From NCBI GenBank assembly GCA_964276515.1, contig OZ193909.1, forward strand, positions 16,120,001-16,184,000: 64,000 bases of DNA. Reading direction: 5' to 3'. Source of the DNA: Gordius albopunctatus. Taxonomy: Eukaryota. The notes beneath the pieces were generated by a model that made no database searches, was not told the origin of the DNA, and saw only the letters and a program-made list of their open reading frames with translations. This document shows, piece after piece, positions 10,583-24,856 of the stretch. A program made the translations under genes and the position numbers. Within the stretch, counting starts at the first letter, position 1. Every line of letters begins with the position of its first letter.

Positions 10583-13020
10583 TTTTTTTTTAAAGGTATA
10601 TAAGTTGATTATACATTACTATAAATATCAGGAAAACATTCATATATCGCGATTGAATTGTATTTACAAATGGTAATTGCAATTTTCTGCCTCATAAAAA
10701 ATGCTTCACGTTTGTCGCCGGAAAACGTGGAAAGATGTTTTCCCACTTTTTTGATAAGGTTGAAGGCTTGAGGGCCAAATGTTGTTAAGGTAGTGGTCGC
10801 TATGGGACAAAAAATGGCTGTCGCCAGTGGATCTTTATTTTGATTCGTTGGTGCAAAAGCATCGGAGCAAGGAAAATCCCAGGCCAAGCTAAGTCCTTTT
10901 TCCCAAGGAGACAGCGTTTGGCCATCAGGTCTCTTATTATCTCCACAAAGACCTGATGGTTCAAGGATGGATGGAAAGCCAGTTTTATTCATGTAGTTAT
11001 GAATAACTTTATTGACGGCAGCGTGGCGTAAATATCTTGCCTTATTGCGATTGCAATGGAGGCCATGGTGGCCCTTCGGTCGAACAGGAGATTTGCATAA
11101 TGAGCATATGTGCTCTGCAACAATATTACAACCAGGTCTGAGCCCTATAGATATCCGGAATTCATTATCGGAAAGAAGAAGACCAAGGTTTCGGCTAGGA
11201 AGAGCCTCCAACCATTCGTGACCAGTCCCAGAAGTTAAACTTCTCAGTGCTGGAAGGTCCTCTGCCGAAGCGCCATTGATTAAAGATCGTAAGGAGCACT
11301 CTGACAAAGGGCCATACCAAGACTTTTGTGTGTTTACTTCGGGGAAGGGAGTGCCGACGATGTCGCTCCACTGTTGAAAGGCAACACCAAGGAGGTTGTC
11401 GGGTTGTGTGGTTAGTGCTGAGATGAGGCTATCATTGGACAGACGACTGGATAAAAATGCTGCTAGGGAGATCGAGTTTATTGAGCCTATGCCTAACCCC
11501 CCCCTAGTTTTGAGGGAAGGCAGGCCTGTTGCCAATGTCTGTCACTTAATGAAAGGTTGGTTATTTCTCCTATTAAGGTCCTTAGTTCAGTATCAAATTT
11601 GAGCAGAGCCTCGCGATGTAAAAATGTGGATGAAGATTGAAGACTGTGCATGATTTTTGGGATAGCCAAACAATTCTTTATGAGGAAAAAGGCTTGGTAA
11701 GAGGGTATGTGTTTAAGGATATTCCTCATATTAGATACTTTCTGAATTGTATCATTTAGGAGTTCTAAAATGGGTATGGTGCCACCTATTGGGGATCCTA
11801 AAAGGGTTAATGTTGAGGGAGAGATTAGTTTGTAGGGGGTGAGGGAAATATTGTCCGAATCTGCGTTATTGAGGCGACAAATTTCCGTTTTAGTTAGGTT
11901 CAATGATAAACCGATTTCAACAGATTGAGTTTCCAGATACTTTAGAGCTGAGATAACATCTGAAGGGGCTCCTTGAATTGTTCCATCGTCAAGGTACCAT
12001 GTATTTAAAGTTAGGTTAAATTTTAAATTTAGGCTTTCAATAAGGGGGTTGATACCCAGGCAGAATAAGAGAGGCCCTAAAGGGTCTCTTTGTTGGATAC
12101 CGTCACTAGAGTTAATAGTATGTTCATGAAATTGAAGGATGGAAACAGGTGAATAACACGCATTGAGAAATGCGGAGTATTCGGGGAAATGTTTGTAGGC
12201 TTCATTAAGGAAATGGGATCGAGAAATTGAATTAAAGGCGTTTTTGTAGTCAATTTTGGCGATATACGAGGGGATTTGAGAAGCAAGAGACATGCGAACC
12301 GCGTGTGAGGCTATTTCGCATCCGCTTTTAACGCCAAATCCGAGTTGTATGGGAGCTAGGATTTCTATAGCCTGGTTTTTAATCCGTTTTATTATAACTT
12401 TAGCGCATAGTCTGCGAAGGATCGATCCCATAGCTATGGGCCGGATCCCACCGCCTGGTTTAGAGAAGGATATCAGGGTTGCACCAAAGAAATATGGGGC
12501 AACTATTTCGGGGACTAGGCCTTTTATTATGAGATTGATGAAATTAGTGAGGGTGCTTAAGAAAAGCCCAGATCGATCTGTTAAGGGATTTGATAATTCT
12601 AAGAGGTGAGCTGCGCACAGGCCGTCGAGGCCTGCCCCAGTCGAAGAGCGCTTGAAAGTATTGATTGTAGTAAGAACCTCGAAAGTGGAGAATTTTCGTA
12701 AGGTTTAATAAGAGGATCTGGAATCGAGAGGTTAGGCCTTTCTGGGTGTTCTCTGAGTAAATCTAGTGTATTGATGTTGTTTGGGGAAATTTTATTGTCG
12801 CATGTAGCGACGTGGATCGCGCCTTGTATGTCGCCGTTATTTATTTTGGTAGAAACAATTTTTGCCCTATGATTTAGGGATGGAATGGAGTGTAAATGAT
12901 TGTCGTATATGATAGGGTCACCTATAATATTCCAATTTGCAAGGTTGGTTTTTATCCAATTCGCGAGAGAACCTGCGTATGTTTTAGGTGGTATTGAGAG
13001 GACGCGAGACGTAAAATCGT
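10583..13020 (-). mobile_element. CRE-clade-like non-LTR retrotransposon (RT plus C-terminal REL endonuclease), 5'-truncated and frameshifted
   Basis: RT motifs QLGFGVKSGCE, KIDYKNAFNS, GIQQRDPLGPLLF, WYLDDG. CCHC finger CSLC...HGLHC; REL motifs RH...RPDG...WD. Poly(A) remnant (T9 on the + strand at 10583-10591). Confidence 0.85.
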
Positions 13021-15924
13021 TTCCTGTATCTAAATTCTTTTATTTGCAAGATAAACCAATATAATTTTCTGAAATTAATGGTTGGCCTCTCAAGGGTAAA
13101 CAGCAACGGCACCGGATTAGGGACTTCACGCCTCGCCAATCTATATTGAATACATCATTTTTAGTTAAAATCAAGTGTCTATCCCCCAAAGTTTCAGCTT
13201 GACAATATTAAGAAGTCCAAACATTCAAACAACAATCAAGCAAATTAATGAGAAAGACCCACAACCACACCCATTCTTTTCAACATGATCTCTACTATTC
13301 AAAGCAAACATTAATTTACCCAAAATACTTTAAAATCGGCATATAAAGAACAGATGCATAGTTGTCTCCACTTGAAACAAGGAATAAAGATATTAGACAT
13401 AGGCACTGTTTATCTATGCCAGTAGAATTGTTTCTTTTCATAGTGTTTCTTAGTACCTTGGCTTGTTATAAAAATGTTATGCGCACCATCTTAGAGTTTT
13501 ATAATCTAGTGAATAAAATATTTATTCGAATTAAGCGGTTAAATGAAACAATGAACAAAGGGCTATCTTTAAAATTCTTATGTTTACTTAGATTAATGGT
13601 AAGTCTAGCCATCGTCGACTACAACATTTATAATTAAAGTTTTATGGGAGAGCACTGTGTTATTCGAAATTAGGCACCTTTTAAATTAGAATGGATAAAA
13701 AAAATTATTTAAGTTAAATCTGTAGAGTAAAATGAAGCTTTTATTAACCAAACTTGAATAATAAATATGGGAGATCGAGGCTATCTCGAACATAAAAAAT
13801 CATAAAGACTAAACAAATTTTCAGCCAATTTGTATATACTTTTTGACAAAAATGTTCTTGTCAATGTTTATTAGAAGGGAAAATATTATAATTACACAGT
13901 TAATAAATGTGTTATAGCAGGGTTTCAAAAAAAGACAACTCGTATAACTTCAAAAAATGACCGGGGTCAACGTGTCATTTAAATTAGGCTAAGATGTCCT
14001 CACTTATTTTAAGTCAAAAATTTATAAATAACTTAAGTGCATGTGTTTAAATTTCTAAAATATGGAAAGAATAATAGTTTTATTAAAATTTATATAATAT
14101 TTTATTATAAAGTAAATGTGAACTTAAATCCGTTTGTTCAACGATTTGACATTATTTTTTTAGTAAAAAAAAACACGATGTCTTTTATGTTCATAGGATA
14201 CAAAGTTATTTTTTTGATAGTAAATATGCACCATGATTAATTATGAGTAAAAACGAAACGATAGCCCCAGGGTGATCATTTAATTTTACGTTAGTTTTAA
14301 AAATCATAAAATTCTTCAAAATTATAAAGTTGCACATATATGAAAAAGTCCATTCCTTTTAATATAAAATTAGTTAAAAGTTGAAGAAACACATCACTTT
14401 TGAGTAATTTACAAAATTCAAGAATTGAGTTGCTCAAAAGCCGAGAAAAATCTTATTTCCTGCATATTTTTTTGTAATAAGAGTTAATCAAAATATTTTC
14501 GTGCTTAAGTGCCTTTATAAGATACAATTGTGATTCAAATTTGAAGGCAAACTTAATTTAAATGACATAATTATTTGAGAGGACGTATTTGACCACCGTA
14601 AATATATTAAAATTAGTTTTAAATTTTTATTAATTATTTTATTCGAATCGCTCTGTCATAATTTCTTGAGTATCATAAATTTACCACTTATATAATAAAA
14701 TATGATTCTTTAAATTAAAACAAAGTTTAGATTTTTATTGCGTGTCATTTAGAGATAGATATTTTTTTAAATAATTGATTGCGAATTTTTTGCGGGAAAT
14801 ACGGGAAAAATTAGGGTAGACAAATGGATATAGACAAAAAGGTATAAATCGTGAGATGGCGATAAATTGTGAATTAACCAGGAAAAGGGATCATTTACGA
14901 CGGTTTCTCATAAATGTTACAGCACCGTATTATTGTTGAGCCTTCAACAGGTTATAATGTTCAGCCCATCAATGAGCTTTGCCAGATTAAGAATTTCCTT
15001 AATATTTAATGAAATTTTTGTTCAAATTTAATTATCATCATTATGTCCTTTCTTCGGTCGTTATTTCTCATTCAAATCCTAACTACGCTAATAACCTAGG
15101 AATGAGTGATCGTTGGCAATTCTTAAGACCTGAAAAGCCCGGGCTGTAAAGTATCGTAAATTTAGATTTTCGAGTTGACCCGGGAGGGCACCATTACAAG
15201 GTTCGGGCGCAAGGATATTTTTATATTTCATTCTTTTATTTCCGTGTACTCTTTTGTCTTTTTTATTTGACTATATATTATTATTTATTAATCGTAATAT
15301 TTATCTTCCGAAAAAATCAGAATTAAATTTAAAACTTTTGGAAAATATAACTTACTGCAAGATTAAACAAATTAAAATTTCGGGCCCGGCAGCTCTGATG
15401 ATTCGTGGTTTCCGGGCCGAGCCGGGCAACTGTCCTAAATTTTTATTTTCGGACAGGCCCGGCCGGGCACGATAATAGGATTCGGGCTTAATGAAATTTT
15501 ATTTTTTTATTTGATAAGAAACTTGATTTCGCCATCCGTCCCCAAGTTATTTCTATAATTTTTGCCCGAACCACTCTATTTCCACCAAGTCCCTATCCTT
15601 AGCTGCGTTGATGGAGAGGATTGAAATATTTATTTATATTTATGTAGCCCTTTCAATGTTCGTAGTTTACATGTGCCGTCTATACATAATACAAAAGCGC
15701 CATGCCCAAATTGACCCAATGCATGCAAGTGTTAAATTTTATTCTAATATAATTTAATTTTTTAACAAATCTTATTTGATTTAACAAAGCTTCCCCAATT
15801 CGCCTTTTTCATTCCCTTATCACTCGTTGCTATCGCTAAGCTATTACTTATTTTTATATTAATAAATTTCTATACCTTTCTTTTTTTGCTTTAAATTAAA
15901 AAAGTTTTCATAAATTATATTTAA

Positions 15925-16512
15925 CCCTCGAGAGTATTCCTCAAAATCCCGAACGCGAGGTGGGGTATAACTCTACCCCACTTCTTAACTTCTTATAACT
16001 TTTAAAGTATTCCTTTAAAATCTTTAAAATTTTAAACATATGTTTATAAAGTTGTTAAGATTGATGGTATAAATTAATCAACATTACAAAACTTATTAAC
16101 AATTTTCTGCACTCCCATTTTTGGGGGTTATTTTAGAGCTTCCCCTCATTTTACCTCTGGACATCATATACCTTAAAATAAATCAAAATAGACGTGATTT
16201 TTTATTAAAAGAATGTTCAAAATATATTAAAAACACAAATCGTAAAAGATATCATCAAACAAAACAAAAAATACATACATTTTCTCCAGCAGAAAAAAAC
16301 TTACGCGAGAGCATTCGTGGGGTATAATCATACCCCACGAGTCTATATCTTAAAAAGTATTAGGCCAAAACCTATAAAATTTTCACCTAACCTAATTCTT
16401 GGTAAAATATTAAGCTACTGAAAGACCAAATTCATTAGACTTAAATTGCGTTTTATATTTTAATTTATAATTTGCGTGGGGTATAGAAATACCCCACGAA
16501 TACTCTCGAGGG
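15925..16512. mobile_element. piggyBac-type MITE
   Basis: TTAA|CCCTCGAGAGTATTC ... GAATACTCTCGAGGG|TTAA; three internal palindromes tggggtata..taccccac. Confidence 0.9.
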
Positions 16513-18493
16513 TTAAATACTATTAAAGGTTTATTGTTTTTTTATCAAAAAGTAAGTTCTAAGAGCACAGATTGACTGATTGAACTAATTTAATTAATTA
16601 AGAAGTTTATTTATAGGGTAGGGACTTAAACGGGTTATCCCAAAAGGGGAGTACAATTTTGTTTATTTTAAGATTATTTATAAAATATTTGAATTTTAAA
16701 CTTAATTAGAAAATTGCTACATAGATATTTTTATATACATCGGCTGCATTTAATTAATATTTTGATGCTACATTATTTGTAAACATTCTAACATGTTTGT
16801 ACTATATGCATTAGCAATTAATATTTTTAAAAAATGTAACCTAGAGCAGTTTTGCCAGTGATAACAAAATATTAAAGAAACTCTGGCCAAATATTTTAGG
16901 AAGATCAAATAATACTTTTTTGACCCATTAGGATTAAAATTAAGGGTCAAAAGTTTCATTTGCAAAAATCATTCGTATTTTAAATAATGTAGGAAATCAG
17001 ATTTTCTTCAGGATAATAAAATATTGCTATATTTGTTTTATTCAATATGCCATTAATTTAATGCTTATTTTTCAATAGTTGTTGGAAAAAATTGAGATAG
17101 CAAAATTTCGGGCCTAACAAACAAATTTAATATTTCGGGCCGGGCAATTCAAGCAGCTATAATGTTTTGGGCGGGCCCGGGCGGACACCTAGAAGGATTC
17201 GGGCGGGCTCGAGTGGCAATGAGGTTAAAAAATTGAACCGGGCCGGGTTCTGGCATAAAATCTAAAACAAATCTGACCTCTGATAAGGACTGGGTTGTGT
17301 TGGGGTGGAACAATCTAAACAGATTCGACCTCTGATTTAGAGTTTTTAATACCTAAATAATGTAATTATGCAATTCTTTTGCCCTAAACATCCAACATAG
17401 ATTGCTTGCTTCGCTTGATAAAAATCTTAGGCTGATGATATTATACGTATTCTTCAGCAATATTGGTTTTCATTGATCTGTCATTTAACTTTTATTAACC
17501 GCTTGGCTTTTTACTTATCTCTCAATTATTTTCACATAACTGACGCTATAAAGTATACAATTAATATTATTATTCTTGTATCTGTTGTATTTACCATACA
17601 AGGGTGTTTATTGGTTAGCAGACATAATCTTATTTCAAAATTTTCAGGGAAAACGACCTATTTATCACGGAGAAAAAATGGCATTATTTACGTTAGACTC
17701 TTAATATTCCCTTCGTCTTTTATTACCATGTTTAATAAAAAAGTATGATTTCCTAGAAAAGTTTTTTAGAACCTATGCATATTAAACAAAAGTATAATTT
17801 AGCCAGCAGCATTTTTCTCATTTTTAAGCCCGTCTAACATTGCGTCATATCCCATAGTCCCCAATTTCTCATAACTCTTACTTTTCGTGAATATGTAATG
17901 TAAAATTATGAAAATTATAAAAACATTTTCCATATGTTAGATGAATTTATAACCATAATAATAACACGTGTGCACAATTTATATCCTTTTTTAAATACGT
18001 ATTTCACATCCTTATATTCGCCCGAAACACTAAGTACGAAAAAAAATAAAGGAATCGCTCAAGTGTAAATAAAAATTGGAGACAATATTGCCCCCAAGCA
18101 TAATTTTGAGCAAAAAACATTGCTTATAATAAGTACGCGCGACATTAGAAGTTGCCATTTTTTAGTAATTTCTTTTCTCCATTCACTTTTAAAGGTAAAG
18201 TAATAAAAATTTTTGGACATCAAGTTTTTATAATCCACCTACGATTTATCATTTAAAAATAAAGGCAATTTCTCTAAAAATCTGTTTGTAATGTTGTAAG
18301 GTCAACACTTTTTAAACTATTATTTAGTATTTACTTTTATAATAAAAATTCATGCAAAGATAGATTCAAGCTTGCCCCCATTCAAAGTGGCCTAATTTTA
18401 GATTGATTTACATTATATCTATTGATTTAAAAAAATAGATGATATTTTTAATTCTCGATTTATAAAATTCTATATTTTTGTATGAATTTATAG

Positions 18494-21001
18494 ATGGAAA
18501 AATTGGCATTTATTGTCATAATTTTTTTTCTGACTCCTTCCTGCTTGTTAGCGACAGATTTGAATTGGAATAAAGTGGAAGAAGTACATGATAGCAATGA
18601 AACTAACCAGGAGCCAAAAACAAATAGTATACACATTAAAATTTTGCTGTATCATGTAAAAAATTAAAACATGTTATTTTTCACGGTTAAAATGAGATTT
18701 TTTAAATTTCTGTTTTATCATTTTATAATTATAAAAAGTTTTTTGAGCAAAGAATAGTTTAATACATATAAATTGTCCTATATTTTTTACAAGAGTATTG
18801 GATAGAATTGTTGGATACTTATGCGGACAATGAGAAATATTACGAAATTAATATGAAAGCCAATGGTGAATTAGACAATGTCGACTTTAATGAAACGAGT
18901 AGTAGAAATGAGGCAACAAATTTAACCACCATAGATGTTGGTGAAAATATAGAAGCAAGCCCAATGAACGAAACGAAAGTTACACCTGAAAACATTATTA
19001 AGCCAGCCGAGACTAGTACCACAAACGTGGTCAAGCCTATAGAGAGAAGTACTGCCATTGAAACACAGCTTATTAATAAAAGTAAGTGTGTCAGGTTAAT
19101 GTTTTTTTGGTGAAAAGTTTAATTTAGGTCTTAATTTCTTTCATTTTCAATGACGCTATCATCTCATTCCTGAAATTTTAGAAGGAAACCTGATCATGTA
19201 TAATAAACAGCTATGTTTTTCCAATAGAGTACCAAATTAAACGATATGTGAACATTGATAATTATATCTTATTTAAATCTTTAAAACAAGATATTGCTTA
19301 AGGAAATTTTTAATAGTGTAACTTTATGAATAGATATTATATCTTGAAACAAAACACATAACATTATAGAAAAAATGAAATAGTATTTGTGGTAAGGCCA
19401 CATTTTCAATTTGATATCGTTAGCAATATTAAACTTAATTATTTATATCAAAGTTAATTTTGAAGTTTAAAAATTATTTTAAAATCTATCATAACGATAA
19501 CGATATCTTTAATTTATACCCTTTCAATTGTAGTTAAAATATAATCAGCAATAATTATATCAAAAATTATAATATAGAACCCCTAATAAAAATCTTGAAT
19601 TTTGACACGAATAATCAAGATCCAGTTGCACCAATTGCTGCTAACGTAGCTTACAATGTGGATGAGAGTTATACCAAATTGCTGAACCAATGGTTAGGAA
19701 AATCGTACGGAAAAATGGCAAATTTTAAAAATACAAATTTTGGTGAAATAAAAGAGCTCGTCTATGAAAATTATGACCAACGTGGTGAAAAGGGCAATTA
19801 TTGGTCCAAAAAACAGATCAAAAGATACGAAAAGCCTAATGTTCGGGGACCCAAATTTTACCCAGTCTTAGAAGACACTGATAACTCTATGGATGATTTT
19901 TATACTGCCTACAACAAGCATACCCGTCGGACGCGTCCTAATATCTTAGAAACAGTAAATTCAGGCAGAAATAACCCTAATTTTGGGTATAAAACGTCTC
20001 TTGACTATAAGGACCAAAATATCTATGGAATAAATTACTTTAAACCATCTACTTTTTGGCCTCATACGCCCTATCATAATGAAGATTTAATGCGATATAA
20101 TTATGTCGGGCCCACTAGTTTTATCGATGGAATGCTAAGTCCTAATCAACAATATAAAAAGCCCACCTATGTTTATTCTTATAGAATAATGCCTCAACAA
20201 GAGTTTGTAAGAGGTAAAGAAGCTATGTAATGTCATGATTAGATTCCAAATTTTATATTATTATAATAATGAAGTATGTTATTAGATGAACAAGAGCAAG
20301 AGTATCCTTATAGACCTATGAGCCACAGAAATGGTCAAGTAAGTCAACACATCATAACAATTAAGTTGTGTGCTTTTTTGAAATAAATTATAATAAACAT
20401 TAGTGTAAAATGCTAAATACTTTTTATTTATTGTACATTAGTTTTACCAATCATCTAACTCTTATCCATCATACGCATACCCAACCTATCAACATATGGC
20501 TAGACCCATTGCGAACGATCAAAATTTGCTTAAAAACTATTTGAACTCGCCATATCCAAGATATCACAGTTCTTATTATAATGGTAAACAAAATTTAGGC
20601 CTCTATGAAAATTTTCAAGAAAACTCACAAGAACCATTGGTGTTTGACTCTCATTATCAAATAAATATATTGCCTAAAGCTTTTCTTAAAAAAAGATTCA
20701 ATAGTTTTGGAGATTACAATAGCATTTCTGAAAATGGCCGCCAGTCTATAATTGCACCTCCTAAACCCTATTTTGATACCGATACGTATATTAGGTCTTT
20801 TCCCTACAGGAATAATGGTAATTTCACTAAATATTATTTATAAAATTTATTTTAGAAAAACCTAGAAACGCCTATAAAGTTAGCGCTTTCCGTGGTTTTG
20901 AAGGTGACTACGAACCCAAAAAACCTCGAAAACTCTCTAGATTTTTAAGAACGCTCCTCGGCAAATCGAACCTTTATGATAATGATGAAGATTCTTTTTA
21001 A
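18494..21001 (+). CDS. Orphan secreted protein, ~540 aa, Thr/Glu/Asn-rich N-part and Tyr/Asn/Pro-rich C-part
   Basis: Signal-peptide-like MEKLAFIVIIFFLTPSCLLA. Six exons (approx. 18494-18626, 18795-19081, 19578-20213, 20286-20338, 20442-20817, 20855-21001) join in frame via GT-AG with consistent phases. No recognisable domain. Confidence 0.75.
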
Positions 21002-23014
21002 TATGACCAAAAATGAACAACATTTTTAAAAATTTGAGATAAATATTTTATTTTGTAGACATATAAAACCATCTTGTCAGATTATTTCTTATTCCCTCAA
21101 AATCATTTATAATTTATTCCAGAACTAATTTATCACATAGTTTGAATTTAAAATTTATGTGAAATATACATATAGAATAGCTAGTGCAACAGTGTTATAC
21201 AAGCGTCGCCATTGAAATATGTTAATCATTTAAGTGGGAAGTCTTTAATGCTAACGCTTGAATCAAATTTCCAAAACATAAACCAATCTTTTAACCTCGG
21301 TTCATATTATAGTTAATAAATTGATCGAGTGCCACTTAAATTTACACTTGAGCTATAGGGTATTATCAACCAGTAATTTAACAGCATAAGAATTCAACTA
21401 ACTCGCCTGATTCATATTGACACGGTGTATAATATTAAACATGTTTGGTATTACCGATATTTTGCTGTGCGCCATGACACCTTTTATTAAATTTCAGGTT
21501 ATTAGGGGGTAAGTTAGAATTATCTAACATTGAAGATTTCTAAGAGATAATATCATGTTTTCGAAAATTTCAGGTTTGTAAACATGAAACCTTGATTTTC
21601 CAATGTTCGTCCTAGGGGTCAATATAACTGTTACTGCGAAATTTTATTAATGGCGCCAAAACTATTATAGTGGCATTATAAAAGAATACAAGCTATAAAT
21701 AATATCTGGTGAAACCAAATTGTATGTTTAGAAATTAAAATTTACGGACAGCATTAGTTTTCTGTTAAACGGTTCAAGAATCTCATTAAATGCTTGTCAA
21801 AGCTTTGTATTAGCATGTTCTTGGTAAATCACAGTGTCCCGAGTTGTTTAAAAAATTTTAAATAGGGAATTTTGACGCGAGGAACGAAAAAGGTAGCCCA
21901 AAAAGTATAAAAACTAAGATTTACAAGCACCCTGTCTCAAAAACGTGTGGATATATTAAATATGAGTTGAGAAGCGTTTCCATATGTTTGCTAGCCACGG
22001 AAAATATCCAAAGATCGGTAAATTGATTTGCACATGAACTGAACGAAAGTCAGCTGAAAACCTAAAAAAACCGCCTGCTAAATTCTGCTGTCGGGTTTAA
22101 AATATAATTATAAATTATGGCTTCCGATTAAATCGGCGACTTCGGTGCCTGCCGAAAGATTGTTTTTAAAGAAGTCTCTGACTATTCGAAAACATCGTAA
22201 TAGATTAACTTGTGAATGTGTCAGAAGCTTGCTATGCCTAAACTCATGACACACCTCAACAATTTTCAACCCATTACATTCATAAAATGTAGGCTTGGCA
22301 GATGCATTCAAATTAACTAATTTTTTGCAAAATGCTGCGTCAATAAATTAAAATAATGAACATAAGCTTTATTAGTACGTAATTATTTTTTGCCAGAATT
22401 AATAATTAATGGATTATGATACTTTGTTATTTATAAAGAAATGTCACGCTATAATAGAATTTTTTAAATTTTATATTTGAAAACTTTAATTAAATTATAT
22501 ATGTGCAATTAACGTAAGATCTGAAACCTTTCACGTTCTTCCAACAATAATGCTTATTTTATTGTATTTGCAAGGTTCAGATAATTACTTGTTATAAATA
22601 ATGATAATATTTTTAAAAGTTTACTCTCGAATTTTTCTCATTATTTTAACGTCATTATATAAGAACTCAATAAATTCGTTATGTTAAAATATGATGATAT
22701 TATTAAACTTTATCCTTTTACTAAGCCTTAGCCAGGAAATACAGGTTATTAATTTGCAACTTTTTACTTTCGAGTCAAGTAGTATGTAACACCTATATTA
22801 ATGCTTCCTACCTTAAGTTACTCATCTAGCTTGTGTTTTGGGATTTGATATAAAAAATTGGTATCATTATGATCAATTTATATTTTATATAATAATTTAT
22901 AAGAGCCAGAAAAAAAATATATGTATGGTATAATTATTTTAAAAGTCGAGACGAGAATTCTCGCCGAGACGAGATTTTTTTTTCGAGACCGAGACGAGAT
23001 CGAAACACTATTCA

Positions 23015-24245
23015 TCTCCATGTATACCGTTTTTTGATCGTTGACCTAAACCATATCCAGTTCAGCGCTTTTATCACTTTTCTGCTTGTTTGAATACTTT
23101 CTCATTTGTCTCTTCGCATATTACTATCTCATCGACATATAGCATACACCATGGCGATGGCTTTTGAACGTCTCTAGTATGTGTCTATAATTATGTTGAA
23201 TAAGAAAAGGTTTAGATTCTCCAACTGACGTCCTAACTCACGAATTTGAGGTTTCATAGATATAAAGACCATTTTTCCCTTTTCCCGATATTTATCCATC
23301 ATTTGTATTAGTGCGAAGTTTGGGTCGATTGTGGATTTGCCGGCTACAAATTCGCATTAATCAGCCGATATTTCCACCTCGTTTTTCACCCTTGTTACTA
23401 AGATCCTTCCCACAAGCTTTAAGGAGTGGCAAGATAGCTTGATACCTCTTTAATTGCCACATTCCTGAGGTTCTTCTTTGCCTTTGAATAAGGGTTTGAT
23501 CGCTTGATCTCGGTTGATTAGTAATTTGCCCTTTAAGCAATATCTTGTTAAAGAGGATCGTCATGGTCGTCACTCCTTCTTCACGGCATCCGAGCAATGT
23601 TTCCATAGATATTCCATCTGGGCCATTAGATTTTCCTTTTTGCATCTCGTTTATTTGTGCCCTAACTTTAACTTCCTGAAAGGTTCGTCAATATTATGTT
23701 TGTCTCAATACCAAGAAAGGAATCTTTGTCATTTGAAATATTTATAAGTTCCTTGAAATATTCTCTACCCATTTCCATCACTTCCTTTGGCTTGAATAAG
23801 CTTTGAAACTTCTCGTTTTTTAACTATTTTAATAACTCCGATGCGACTTTTCTTCTCCCTTATCTTGGCCAATTTGTACATAGGCCTGTAGCTTCTTTTA
23901 ACTTGCAGTCTTCTCTATTGCAACGGCCTTTTTCGCGGCTCTCTTTGCCTCCTTGTACTATACTATTGATAATCCTCCGACTTTTTGATTGATCTATTGT
24001 CTATATAGATTTATCTTTCTTTCGATCAAATTCCATCACAAGTGGACGATTTTGCCTAGTAATTTCTTCTCTAGGCTTTACTTTGCAATCCTTGTTACTC
24101 CAGAAGTATTTTCGCAGTATGAGCAGATAATCGATTTGACAAAAATTCTTTGCCCTTCTATAAATCACAATCATAGACTAGATATACTGCTCATGTCATA
24201 TGTTCCATATAGGAAATTGTGTGTAACAATGTGTTTTGCGTCATG
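23015..24245 (-). mobile_element. Degenerate internal fragment of an RTE LINE related to 24805-27826
   Basis: KGKSNGPDGISMETLLGCREEGVTTM versus KGKANGPDGIPIEALLGFREEGVTTM; 'ccatggtgtatgctatatgtcgatgag' RT remnant; many deletions. Confidence 0.85.
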
Positions 24246-24803
24246 CCTTTTTGTTTTAACAATATTTGCCAACACAGTAAGCGTAATTATCTAATAAACC
24301 TTTATTTATTGTTTTTATCAAGATTATTATTTACTACACTCAATATTTTATTATTTATTTTTATTTAAACGTGTAATTTACAACTAACAAGTTGACTATT
24401 GATTTGATATTATATTTATAATATGTGATGAATAAATTTCAGATAGAGATAGTAAAAAGACAGACTCATAATTCTAGATTTCATTATTATCAAGGTAAAT
24501 TGATTTGTATTGAGTGCATTTCCTTTATTCCTAATAAGTCTTTAAATAATAATTATTATTTAATTATTATAAAAAATAATTTTGGCTTAATATATCTCTA
24601 AAGATTTAATTTTAATATTTAAAACTACGTGATATACCTTTAATGACCTTAAAAATCGAAATTTATTAAATAAAAAACAAGAATTTATTTTCTCGTCTAA
24701 TCGGTTATATTATTTTTAATATACATTAAACTATCATTTTATTAATCATGATTTTACACATTTAAAAATTTTAATTAATTTAATAGTTTGAAAATCTTAA
24801 ATT

Positions 24804-24856
24804 TAACACTACCTAAGACGGTCCCAAGTCCGTGTGCAAAAAGTGGAGGGTTGGCG
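24804..24856 (+). ncRNA. Twister self-cleaving ribozyme at the RTE 5' end (P1 stem weak or absent)
   Basis: U^AA-CACU-AC-C(UAA)G-ACGG-UCCCAAGU-CCGU-...-AGUG-GAGGG. P2 CACU/AGUG, P4 ACGG/CCGU, pseudoknot AC/GU, pseudoknot CCC/GGG; conserved A at 24805 and G at 24846. Confidence 0.85.

Noticed and set aside
13362..17748. Short AT-rich ORFs of 60-95 aa
   Set aside because: No motifs or exon chains; they overlap MITE remnants.
21830..21860. RSS/Transib-like end CACAGTG + 12 nt + A-tract
   Set aside because: No matching opposite terminus or transposase found; the nonamer match is poor.
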